A stretch of DNA of 63,999 nucleotides, filler included, from Choristocarpus tenellus KU-1152 (Eukaryota; Protista; Phaeophyceae): the NCBI GenBank assembly GCA_964200185.2. It is 16 parts of 16 records of this genome, joined end to end, with 100 filler letters (N's around TTAATTAATTAA, not from the genome) between each part and the next. Parts side by side here need not be neighbours in the genome. Positions count along the whole stretch, not along the records: positions 41,691 to 46,812 come from CAXNAD020011797.1; positions 46,913 to 50,184 come from CAXNAD020021127.1; positions 50,285 to 52,912 come from CAXNAD020026153.1; positions 53,013 to 61,353 come from CAXNAD020004833.1; 12 more parts are not named here. One strand, 5' to 3'. The position numbers and the translations under genes were made by a program. Of this stretch, positions 41,591 through 53,318 are shown one piece after another. The notes under the pieces were generated by a model, which saw only the letters and a list, made by a program, of their open reading frames with translations, made no database searches and was not told the DNA's origin. The first letter of the stretch is position 1. Each line of letters begins with the position of its first letter.

Positions 41591-41690
41591 NNNNNNNNNN
41601 NNNNNNNNNNNNNNNNNNNNNNNNNNNNNNNNNNTTAATTAATTAANNNNNNNNNNNNNNNNNNNNNNNNNNNNNNNNNNNNNNNNNNNN

Positions 41691-42123
41691 GGTGAAGCCA
41701 AGGGAGTCCGACATCAACGGTGAGCCTCAGCGATGCCAATATGGGACAGCTGACACCAAGGCAGAAGAAACAGTTGGTGGAATTGTTGGGAGAATTTAGA
41801 AATTTAGGGGTATTCCCTGAAGACCCCAAACGAGTTCTCCCATGCTCTAGAGGAGTATTACATGTACCACTATTAGACGAGAACTGCACACCCTATGCAG
41901 CGAAACAAAGGCGCTTTTCCCCTGAAGAAACGCAGATGATTCAAGCCGAGGTTAAGCAGTTACAGGAACGTGGCATTATCAGACCCTCTAACTCAGCATG
42001 GGCAGCAGCAGTAGTAGCAGTACGTAAGAAAGATGGGACCCTGAGATTGTGCACAGACTATAGGATGCTTGATGACCTCTCGCGAAGTAATAGTGGAGGT
42101 CTCGAAAACATCACCAGCATCAA
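41691..42123 (+). mobile_element. Ty3/Gypsy reverse transcriptase N-terminal fragment
   Basis: GIIRPSNSAWAAAVVAVRKKDGTLRLCTDYRML; near-identical to ~62060-62480 on the minus strand. Confidence 0.92.
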
Positions 42124-42329
42124 CTGATGCTATACTTCTATCTACTGCCATCGATGTGATGATGAGTTGGTATGCGCAATAAATAAATGAACACTAACAA
42201 CCGGTGCAGTGCACCAATCAACAGTCAGTACAAGCTGGTAGATGTGTATCATATCAACAAGGAACAAATGAGTAGCCTATGTTTTAACAGTGGTTTGAAG
42301 AACAGTGGATGGGAGGCTCTGTGTCGAAA

Positions 42330-42727
42330 TACCAACCTAGACTCGTGGAAGACCTGCGAAAGGAGCCAGTCGGTCTTCTCTAAGAGGTAAATGAGATAGC
42401 AGTAACCTTCAAAATGTCAAGTTGTTGCAGACTGGCACAATATTTGTCAATGAGCTTCTGTGAGCAGCTGGTTGCGGACAAGTCCAATAAGTTGATTATA
42501 CGATTATGGAGGACAATAAGGGCGCTAGAAAGATGACAAAGAACCCCATCAGTAATATCGGATTAAGCAAATTAATGCGAGTTCCTTTATTCAGCAGCTG
42601 TAGTAAGGGCGCAAGATCAACATACTTCATGTTGGGTCAGATGATAGCATATGCTGACACACTGACAAAACCTTTGGACAAAGTGTATTTCCAGGGGGAC
42701 GCCAAGATCATGATGAATGAGGAGTGA
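42330..42727 (+). mobile_element. Degraded Ty1/Copia RNase H remnant
   Basis: EDNKGARKMTKNP ... ADTLTKPLDKVYF resembles the Copia DNxxAxxLxxNP...ADxxTKxL motifs; interrupted by frameshifts. Confidence 0.7.
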
Positions 42728-43326
42728 ATGCTTTTGGGGCAGAGGACTACTTGGACTGACATGAATGTAGCACAATAACACAAGGTTTGATGAACTATTG
42801 ATCAGATATCAGAACATTTGCACAAAGGTATTCCATCGGAGAATTTCATTTGAAGGATCAACTTGGCATAGCAAGTGGGTGTGTTGGTATGATGCTATTC
42901 AAGTCATAAAAATTCTAGATTGGGATTATTGGGTACAAAGGGATATTTTGTGGAGCGATGTCAGGTTTTGTGGGACAAATGTGTTGTAAATTGGGTATTG
43001 ATATATGAAAGGGATATTTCTGGGACAACGGAAATATTATAGAAGAAAGGAACAATAGAGGAACAGAGAAGAAAAGTCAAGACAGCGGAAGGCTCTGGAA
43101 GGAAGACATAGTTCTTGGGTGCCTCACCCTTTGCATGGTCTTCACTTCCAAAACCTCATCAAATATACACCTCTAAAACCAAGACATAGAACTATTAAGG
43201 GCATCCCTTGGACTATGAGAGTATTTCACTGGTAGGGAGAAGTGCGCGCCGAGTAGTGTCTATAGTGGACTTCAGAATACAAAGATTAACACCTGCTGAG
43301 AAAAGCTGAGCCTAATATGAAGCAGG

Positions 43327-43561
43327 GAGGGTACGAGTTTTGCCCCATTTTTCCATTTGGGGCTTGTCTTCCCATGTTTTTTTTTGACATTTTCCTACTC
43401 CAAAATGTTTCGTCGGAGGTAAAATGCATCCGTTATGAAAAGGTGCATCTGGAACAAGGATATTGACATAACAAAATGATGGCCAAAATTACATCAAAAT
43501 CACAACATTGGAGTTTGGCCCCCAATTGGACGCGGCTCTACCCTCTAAGATACTTTGACTC
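43327..43561. mobile_element. MITE family A, left tip missing
   Basis: GAGGGTACGAGTTTTGCCC...TACCCTCTAAGATACTTTGACTC. Confidence 0.88.
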
Positions 43562-44217
43562 AAAACCGTTGGCTGATCAGGGACAGGTTAGATGCAACAT
43601 GGGGATCGTGTTTTCTCCCCTCCAGACATAGTTTGAACTGTGCAAAGGACACTTGCTTCTGGTCATTAATAATGATTTTTGACACTACTTGCTCATACAG
43701 CTCTATGTTGTTCGTGCATGCATCCTTTCAACAATGGCATGATTCCCCAGGCTCATTGAAGCCCCTCTTTAATTGACTCACAACCCAATCAGGCATCACA
43801 GTCGATCGGGACAGGTAGAATCTGATAGGCCAAATCATACTACAGATGAGGCAAACCAATTGGGAGGTAGGCAGGTTTGGACCCTCTTGCATTCTGAGCC
43901 ATCTTTCTTAAACTGTGCAATACTCTATTTCATTGCTTTATTTGCACATCAGTGCACGCAAAATTGATACTCCCCCTTTTCACACACAAAGTGACACCAT
44001 AATTCAGCAAAGGATCTTGTACTAAGAAGTTTGTCTTAAGTCAATTATTACAATGATTAGATCTGGAAAAATACATAATTCTTCTATGGCCACTTGTAAG
44101 TGTCTCAACGACATTTGTTATTAAAATAATATACATACCAGCAACTCACACACACTAAACCATACTGCCAAAGGAGATGTGTTCTCAAACATAGAGTTGC
44201 TGTGCACACAAATACAA

Positions 44218-44252
<35 letters not shown>

Positions 44253-44389
44253 CCTATAGTAAGAGTGTCCATGCAGCAGGAGGAGCAAAACCTATGTGCT
44301 TACACGCACAACTCCACCACACCCACAGTCCAAGAAGGATATTACAATTTTCACTTTCACAGCAGTTTCCGTGTAACAGTTTCCTCCCG

Positions 44390-46016
44390 TCAGCGTAGTT
44401 CCTCCACCCTGGAGTCTACATCCCCTTGCCTGGACACTAGTACCTTCCACTGGTCCACACCAAGGGTCACACCTTTCCGCCCAGGTTTGAAGCTGTTCGT
44501 CTTTGTGTCAAGATAGTACTCTCGGATACTCACCTACAATGTACAGAATTGTATCATACAAGAGCGAGATGAGGCTGAACGATTCGTATGTATCAGAGGA
44601 AACGTATGTAGATTGGGCGAGAATTCAGACCGAAATTGAGGGAATAACATTAGTTGGAGGGAGCAGCAACGTCCTGTATTTACACCAATGAGGTGGGTGA
44701 ATTATTGAAATGTTGCATCGAGTCATTCAAACTCATTTGCCCCTGCTGGAACATCCTCAATCTCCATTATTTAAACTGTTTTCAATCTTGGAAATAATTT
44801 CAAGTTAAGGCTGACCCGCAGTTACAAAAAGGATGCACGCATGTATACACACGCAAAGCATGCACCGACAGCAGAGTCAAATATTAAGCAACGAGGGCAC
44901 CACAAGGACACTCAGTTCTACCATGCCAGGAACAGTGAAAAACTTTACTGTAACTATCAAAATATCACATACTTTCGAGTACACGCCAACAATAATTCAA
45001 ACAAACCCAACCTCCAGCGATACACTCCCCCCTTCCTCATTTGTCACTCATCAAATTCTGGAAGTATGTCCTCTACCACTGCAGTCTTAGCAAATCCACT
45101 ACCCAGAAACATCCGAAGACCTACACCACGAGCAAAGCAAATGCAGACCGATTTTGGTCTGTGGTATGGTACCAAAACACTGTTGGCAGTTCTTCAAATG
45201 CACCACATACCACCATCAGGAGAGTTGGTACTGTCATACAATCCTGCCTACCCCAGATTTTGCAGTGAGCAGAAATCTGGAGCCATCTGGATTTGGTCAG
45301 CAGCCTGCTCCGAAAAAGGAACTATACATCTCGCCCACTATATGATGGACCAAGGTATACCTTTCTGTGGACACCAATGTCTCCAACCTACAACACAGTA
45401 CTGCATAGAATTCTGGAATCTTGTGAATGATAGAGATCTCTGCGAAAAACACTTTAAAAGTGAAAAACACTCTCACGACAAGACCTCACTCACCTCTAGA
45501 GCAACCATCTAGAACCCTTCCTCCCAACACAACACTTCCATTCTGCTACACAACCTCAAATCAATAGCAAGTAGTTTGGTTAGGTACTCTTGAACTCTTC
45601 TTTTTTTTTTGCCAATGGAGCAATTCTAAAGGGTTAGGGGGGACGGAAGTATTCCGCAAACAAGTTAACATGGATCGGTGGACAAGTCATATCTATTTCC
45701 TTTTAATGCTGTCAATAGTAAGTATCCCTCAGTGTCTCCGATCATAGAAACGGCTTAAGAGCCTCAGAAAAAGCACACATTAATCAAGTAACACACAAAA
45801 AATACACCGCCTTTCCCCAAACATGCATATGGACCAACTTAAGGCCAACATAGTGTGATGAGATCTCTTCTTCTGATTGTACTAGTTCAGCTCACACCAA
45901 ACAGCACAGGAACAGTTCATCTTGACTGTCCCAGCATCAAAGTTGTTCCTCACCTGTACCTTCCCCTTCCAGATCTCGACTGAGACTTGTCTTCGTGTTC
46001 TCACCCCCTCACTGAG
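44390..46016 (-). CDS. Transcriptional coactivator PC4/SUB1 (p15) ssDNA-binding domain protein, last two exons
   Basis: Phase-0 exons 46016-45954 (LSEGVRTRRQVSVEIWKGKVQ) and 44533-44390 (VSIREYYLDTKTNSFKPGRKGVTLGVDQWKVL...*). These give the PC4 motif VSVxxWKG...IREYY...PGxKGxxLxxxQW. Confidence 0.88.
44900..45300 (+). mobile_element. Possible degraded non-LTR (LINE) RT C-terminal remnant in the PC4 intron
   Basis: Frameshifted similarity to the post-RT region (..YVLYHCSLSKST...LAVLQMHHIPP); weak. Confidence 0.25.
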
Positions 46017-46787
46017 CTGATAGCAACAACAGGATCCGGTCGAGATTGAAGGGTGAGAGATACGGAGATCACATTTCACGGAAGTAACACCTCTACGCAT
46101 TTTAACCTCTAAAAACAACAATGAATCACATACATTATGAAAAAAACAAACAATATCAAAACATCGAATGTGAACACCTCGTACATTTCTACCATCACTT
46201 AAAAGAGCCTTTTTGGTTTAGTCACTGCTATGGTACCACTAACAGCGAAAACATTGACAGTACAAATGCAATTCCTTGTCAACCATGCTACACCGATCTG
46301 CCAGCCTCCTATCTATTACTCAGCGGAATCTCAAAATTTCCAGACTGGTCAGCAACCTGTCGGGCTATATACGGAAAGAAAAATGAGCGCACATGCTCCT
46401 GGTATTTCCACCAGTGCCAAAAATAAAAACGCTGGCAACAATGGGCTGTTCACATACTCTGGAACAGCCTTCACTTATGCTTTCCTTAAATAGTATACTT
46501 GTAAGAAGGAAAGACATGCGGCGAGCTTTTCCTGTCTAGAAAACTAATGTTTCTTGCACAGTTGTTTTGTGCAGGTAGGAGACAAATAAATACCCATGGG
46601 TACGAACATACATGGGGAGATTTGTACTCTTTCGGCCTCAGTGATCAGCGTGTGGCGAGAAGATATTTTTCAAATTTCCAAGTTGTCTCCAGTGGTTCTC
46701 CCAACAATAGCAACCTTCTTCCTTTATCCCGAGGACAATCCTGCCCCACAGTGAGAGGCACGACACAACGCCCAACTTTTCACACAA

Positions 46788-46812
46788 AGGTCAAAATATC
46801 TGGGCGGGGGGG
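46788..46812. mobile_element. MITE family B end (cut by contig end)
   Basis: GGTCAAAATATCTGGGCGGGGGGG. Confidence 0.55.
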
Positions 46813-47027
46813 NNNNNNNNNNNNNNNNNNNNNNNNNNNNNNNNNNNNNNNNNNNNTTAATTAATTAANNNNNNNNNNNNNNNNNNNNNNNNNNNNNNNN
46901 NNNNNNNNNNNNTTACTTCTGGTCAAATACCCCGCCTAAATATCCCGAATGTTCCGCATTATCTTCTGTGCGTACATAAAATAATACTTCAGATCATATT
47001 CTCATAAATGGTCAAGCATAATCTTGA

Positions 47028-47083
47028 CAAGCCCCAAGTGAACAAACAGGGAAAAAATCGTACCCTCTAAGATACTTTCACTC
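47028..47083. mobile_element. MITE family A terminal fragment
   Basis: CAAGCCCCAAGTGAAC...TACCCTCTAAGATACTTTCACTC. Confidence 0.8.
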
Positions 47084-47175
47084 AAATACTCAAGTGACAA
47101 AACACTAGTAGTAATGACGCAGCATGTGACAGAACATGAACCACAATCCCACTCACAGGAATAACTCAAACTCAC

Positions 47176-48283
47176 CTCTGGTGCCATCCCTGCCTCAACG
47201 GCCCCACACCATTGCAAGAACGTGGCAATGCTTGTGCGCAGCACCAAGGGTAAAATGTCCCCATCACACGGTCTGCATAAAACTGAATCTTAGCCTTGGT
47301 CATCTGCTCCTCCTCCAGCAATTGGCATAGCTATTTTTATCATTAGTGATAATAATAACATAGAAAGTGGGGTTAGGGTTAGAGCTAAGGTTCGACTTAG
47401 AGCTAGAGCTAGAGCTAGAGCTTGGGCTAGTTTTCTTCAGTTTCACGGATTAAGGTTAGGATATAAATTGCGGGAGGTGAATGGTGACTAAGGGAAGGGG
47501 CAAGGGGAAAATTTCAGATTGTAGATATAGGCAGGGGGGTAGGGGGGTGGCAAGGGAAGGGGAAGGTTGTAAATGGAATAGGGTGGGGATGGGCTTGGGG
47601 AGGGTTTGGAGAATGGGGGGAGGTAGAGAGTTCTTTGAGAAAATATATTTTTGCCAGAGGGAGTATAGCATGGCAAGGAGGGCTTCCACAATTGATATCT
47701 CAACTGGTTCGAACAAAGTGGTGTGACCAACTTGATGAGACTGAGTCATAAAGGAAGTCAAACAATATGAAAAGAGGTTATCCAGCGAAGGCGTCAGGTG
47801 ATGGGTCACGGTTGGGATTTCTCAACTGCTCGATTAGCAGACAAGGGTGTTTTACTGGACCTTGACCCCTGGGAACACGTTATCATACTTGTGGGAATGC
47901 CTATACACATTTTTCCATTTTACATGGTGTGATGTGATCTACTCCATCAAGCCAAACAGCCACACCAACACCAGAAAGGTATCAAGGGAACGAACACTAA
48001 TCTTCAAACTGTAAGTTTCATAGTCACGAGGGTGTGATTCTTTCTTGGTGTTTCCAGGGTGTATGGGGAATCAACTATCGGCATTGCAACTAATCAATAC
48101 ACACATCACTGCGATGTATCGAAACAGCGGTCAAGGACGGCAGAGAAGCCACACGCTCACCAGCGGGTAGTCAAGTGCGCAAACAACACATAAAACCACA
48201 ACAATAACATACAAGCACATGAAATTAAATAAAATTGAAAGAACTTCTGATTACCAGTCTACTCTGGTACAGACGTCAAAGCA

Positions 48284-48321
<38 letters not shown>

Positions 48322-48964
48322 GCTCTCCCCCCTCTCTTCCACAAGAAAACAAACCACACCACACACCTAACTCGATACACCTGCCCAAGCGCCATATCCG
48401 CCCCGACCCTCGTGACCAGCATCAACACCATCTCCATGTCTGTTTACAGTTCCTCCGACCACAGCATCCCCCTCCTCCTTGAGTATCTCCTTGGTCCCCC
48501 TTGTGGTCATGCTATCATTTGTGTATGTCCACCCAGACCTCACCAATACATCTGTAGGAAACACACATTAAACGCATGACGGAAGATAGACTGAAGAATT
48601 GCAAATGGATTTCAACGGGTGGGTGGGTGGAGAGCATCTGTGAGCTACAATATCTCACAACCAAAAGAGAACCCTCAACACTAGTTGTACTGCGAATAGC
48701 ATAGAGTAGTCGCACTAATAAGGGAGATGATAATACGATATACATTTCGATCAAGTCACAACCGCACATAAAAAGGTGTATACATCTAGAGCTAAGCCTA
48801 TGATATGCATTAGGATGCAGATTATCATCAGCGACCTCCATACACCACAGAAGACGAAACAAAATGAAAAGAGACTTTTATTTCCTTTTTCAAAACATTA
48901 GTCCCCTCACCAGGACATCCTCCACCTGAGGGGTCTACGGAGAAATGCATCTTAGTGCCTGATC
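47176..48964 (-). CDS. Hypothetical protein, internal exons
   Basis: Exons 48964-48911 and 48551-48381 join in phase (SGTKMHFSVDPSGGGCP|DVLVRSGWTYTNDS...). A further AG/GT-bounded exon lies at 47272-47176 (PCDGDILPLVLRTSIATFLQWCGAVEAGMAPE); the linking exon was not resolved. Confidence 0.5.
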
Positions 48965-49080
48965 CTGGCACACAGGCTTTCTCCAGATCAAAATACTGCG
49001 TTTCCTATATTACTCGAACTGATGTTGATGCTTCAAAATGACTCGAAATGCACAATCTGTTCACACGTAGTTTGGTAATC

Positions 49081-49338
49081 GAGCAAAATATCTTAGAGGG
49101 TACGAGTTTTGCCCTGTTTGTCCATTTGGGGCTTTGCCTCCCAAGGGTTTTTATTTGACAATTTCCTATTCCAAAATGTTTAGGAGTAGGTAAAGTGTGT
49201 ATGATATGAAAAGGTGTGTCCGGAACATGGATATTGACACTTCCTAACAAACACGATAGCCAATATTAGATCAAAATTGTAACATTGGATTTTAACCCCC
49301 AAATGGACGCGGCTCTACTCTCTAAGGTACTTTGACTC
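49081..49338. mobile_element. MITE family A, full copy
   Basis: Both TIRs present; flanks AATC/AATC (4-bp TSD). Confidence 0.92.
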
Positions 49339-50366
49339 AATCTCGTGACCTGCCTGTCAAGAGTTGGGCGTATGGAGAAACACACTTCACAGTAGACTGA
49401 GAGTCTAGGTCGATCCTAACCTAGCCTGACTTGTGATCAGAGGCACTACACTTTCCATTACTTTTCATTAATTAACTACTTGGAGTGTCATGAGGCAGGG
49501 TCCAATCAGTTGTGGGGGTGTTCAGAATCTCGAGTTGTGTCATGGTGGGGTGCTTTCAGCCAACCCAAAGCTCTCCCAACCACCAAATATTAGGAGAAGT
49601 TAAAATGGAATCTCAGATTGGATAGGTGAAGTCACATCTTTATGACCCTGGCAAGGGGTCTGAGAATTCTCAAGACTTCTCTGTGTTTGATGTTGATGGC
49701 AACATCACCAATACCAAAGAAAAATGCGCGCAATGCACTTGTGTGTGTGCGCGGATGTGGATTAGATGGAGATTAACTCCCAAAAAGGGACCTGTCCGCC
49801 ACAGATGTATGAACTCTCAGTGCTTGCACTACATTATTCTTGCACGTTGAGTTTAGTGATCTCATTGGTCATTGTTCAGGTTTCTCACGTTCTTTTTGTG
49901 GCTTAGTTGCGGATTGGTATCCCATTCCAATGTGCTTGTCACATGATCAATCGACATCAATTTCCACTATAAGATATCTGATCTTGACCGGGTTTGAACC
50001 CATCCATTCCTACGATAGAAACTTGCAGGTGTAAGGTACAACAGTACAATAAGAGTAAAAATTAAAGTCGTTTCTTTTTTGCCATTTTTTCCTAATTGAA
50101 ATGGAAACAGATGTGAATCGTGTGATTCTGTGGCGGCGTGGTTCACTCAGGCAAGGGTGGCGAAGAGAATCACCGGGCAAGACGNNNNNNNNNNNNNNNN
50201 NNNNNNNNNNNNNNNNNNNNNNNNNNNNTTAATTAATTAANNNNNNNNNNNNNNNNNNNNNNNNNNNNNNNNNNNNNNNNNNNNGCACCCAATCTCTTTT
50301 GTGACTGTGAGTCCATGGTCTTAGTGTCCTGTCGTTTCTGTGTTTTAGTTCTGAAAGGGGAGAGTC

Positions 50367-50631
50367 CATGGCAATACCCAAGTTCAGTGCTACTATGGTT
50401 TTGTGTCTGTATTTGTGTTTGTTTATCTTGGAAGGGGTGGAGTGTTTTTAGACAGTACCCTACTTTTGACGTGTATATGAGACTCTGGTGTAAAAGGTTT
50501 TCTAGAATGGCAATACCCAAGTTCAGTGTTACTATGGTTCTGTATCAGCATTAATGTCTGTTTATCTTGGAAGGGGTGGAGTCTGTTTAGACAGTACCCT
50601 ACTTTTGACGTGTGTATGAGACTCTGGTGTA
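50367..50631. repeat. Two-copy ~125-bp direct repeat (period ~140 bp)
   Basis: ATGGCAATACCCAAGTTCAGTG...GAGACTCTGGTGTA occurs at ~50368 and ~50507. Confidence 0.85.
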
Positions 50632-51783
50632 GGAGTTTTTATTTTGAACGTTGAGTCAAATGCAGAGTGAGTGCTGTGAGGTGCGAGTGTCGCGCTAACA
50701 TATCTGTTGTCAGGACAAACCTTGGAAAGGGGCTTTTCCTCCAGGTTTCCTCCTCCGCTGGGTCCCCAACGCTGCCTATTGATATGTTAGGACCTGGAAG
50801 TGACATTCATTTTATTTCTGCTACGTTCATGATAGGATGAGGAGAGGCATTATATTTCCTTGTCCAATCGCCTGTTTATCGCATTGAAGCGGTTATGCTT
50901 CATGCTTAGGGGGCATGTCACAGGTGATGTCTTGATGGCGGTTTCATAAACAACATTATGACATTGATATATTTGTACTTCTTGACTATTTATTTATTAT
51001 TTTATCATTATGACCCCCAATTGTGATAAGACATCGAGACCAGTTCCTTTTTATATGATGACATTGACAATAATCCAAGTGAGAGATCCAGTATACTTGA
51101 CGACTTGTGCATCAGGAGTCCTATACGTACATCAGCATCATCCATAAGACCGTAGATTGGAGCTATACATCCTGTGGAGGTAAGCTTCCGAGGGGCGCCT
51201 GAAACAGATGTACCCTTTCAGACCTTAGCAAATGGCATTGTAGTACAAAGGAATGTTCTAAAATGGATAGTTGTCAGACTAGGTAACTGAACAGAAGAAA
51301 TGAACAGCTTTACCTTACTACAGTTGGATGTTTATCATGCTTTCTAGGACCTTCACAACCCTAACACAAGACCATGCCCAACTATTGTTCCCACCCAAGA
51401 AGAACTCTTGCCTCGATAGGATGTGTTACGTCTCTTCCATATTGGTACTAGTGTCAAACATTGTGGAAGGATGAAAGCTGAAGAGACCTGTAGGACAGCG
51501 TCCAGTTTTTGAGTTAAAGTCACTCTACTGGAGGGTATGGTTGAAGGATGGAGGTAAGGAGGAATTCAGCAGGAGAGACGAGTGCCTCCTCCAGAAAACC
51601 TCCCAGCCAGTTACAACTGTATGCCTGAAGGACAAGGTGAGGTTCAGCCGGTACATGCTAGAACAAGAGATTAAAGCAGTTAAAATCATAGCCACTGAAA
51701 GGAAAATGAGACAGCAGAAGCTGGAATGAAGAAGCTGCCCACGTTTGACCACACATTAATATACATCGGTTGTATAGTCTGAA

Positions 51784-52041
51784 GAGAGAAAGTATCTTAG
51801 AAGGCACGAGTTTTTCCCTGCTTGTCCATTTGGGGTTTGGCTTCCCACAGGTTATTAATGACATTTTACCTACGACAAAATGTTTAGGAGTAGGTAAAAT
51901 GTATAGTTATGAAAAGGTGTGTCCGGAACAAGGATATTGACATCTCCTAGAAAATGTGATAGCCAAAATTACATCAAAATTGTAACATTGGATTTTGGCC
52001 CCCAAATGAACGTGGCTCTACCCTCTAAGATACTTTGGCTC
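51784..52041. mobile_element. MITE family A, full copy
   Basis: GAGAGAAAGTATCTTAGA...TCTAAGATACTTTGGCTC; 4-bp TSD TGAA. Confidence 0.92.
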
Positions 52042-52885
52042 TGAAGTCCTTAGAAAAGACAAGCACTGAACTTCACTACTTTTTTATTTGCATTTATTTA
52101 TTTTCCTCTTTCTATGTTCTAACAACTCTCTGTGATCTTGATATTTTTTATATCTTCTATATCTCACTTCTGTTTTTCTAATGTTTATTTTTAGTTTTCA
52201 TCCCATCATCCCCTGATTCTTAATATCTTTTTTTCAAAGTTGTTACTCTCCTTATTTACCGATTTTTTCTTTTCTTTTTTTCCTCTTACTTTTTTTTGTT
52301 CCCTTTATTTTAGTTTATTTACTACTCAGTTTCCGCTTTGTTACCCTCATCATCCACATGTTTCTTTTATTAATTGTTTATCTATTGTCAGCTTTATTTA
52401 TTTTCCATATACTTTCAGTTTTATTTTATTTTCATTTCTTTTATTTCTCTTTATTTATTATCAGTACTATTTGTTGCTCTTGTTAGCCCTTCTTCACTCA
52501 ATTTTCTTAATTTTTGTCATTGCCCGTTTGGTTCACTAGCAACCTTGAGTATGCTTTGTGCTTGGGGGGCATAGGACAGGCAATAATCAGATGCTGTGTA
52601 GGTCATGAATAAAAAAAGTCTAATCCTTAATACCACTTACTTGCATTTGTATAACCGGCAAGATTGGAATGAAAGCCGCATGAATTGTATGCCCAATATA
52701 TATGTATTTTGTAACTTTTGAAGGTCCAGCCAGTTCAAAAGAACAAGTGTATACCCGGATTAGGCCAGACAATTTAATGGAGATTGCATTATGTGACCTC
52801 ATGGACACCTTGAAGGAAGGGAACGTGGATAAATTAATCACATTTGTGATTAGAGTGATTGGAACTGGGGACCCATTCATTTTAG

Positions 52886-52912
52886 GACCCAAAGTATCTG
52901 GGGGGGTGGGGG
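52886..52912. mobile_element. MITE family B end (cut by contig end)
   Basis: GACCCAAAGTATCT followed by a G-tract. Confidence 0.7.
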
Positions 52913-53012
52913 NNNNNNNNNNNNNNNNNNNNNNNNNNNNNNNNNNNNNNNNNNNNTTAATTAATTAANNNNNNNNNNNNNNNNNNNNNNNNNNNNNNNN
53001 NNNNNNNNNNNN

Positions 53013-53079
53013 CCATGGGAAGCCAAGCCCCAAATGGACAAACAGTGCAAAACTCGTACCCTCTAAGTAACTTTCACTC
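53013..53079. mobile_element. MITE family A end (cut by contig start)
   Basis: CATGGGAAGCCAAGCCCCAAATGGAC...TACCCTCTAAGTAACTTTCACTC. Confidence 0.85.
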
Positions 53080-53318
53080 TCACCTTACAACAGCCAACTT
53101 GAATTATTTGCTGAGCAAATTCAAAGAACTAGCATGAGAACTATGATAATATTAATGTTCACTTGAGGCCATGAAGGATTCAGCACTCTGTCTGAGTGAA
53201 GAGTGACTGAAAGCTAGGGCAAGCCATATCTGTTGAAGGAGTTGGAGGAATGTGTGACCCCAGGAATGAGTAACCGCAGGATCACTTCTCCTGAAATCCT
53301 CCTCAACCCTCAGTGCAG

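Noticed and set aside
49980-50005. B-box-like GGTTCAAACCC on the minus strand
   Set aside because: No A box or cloverleaf; at most a SINE remnant, not a tRNA.
51100-52885. Short exon-like ORFs in contig 14
   Set aside because: Could not be joined into a phase-consistent, recognisable protein.
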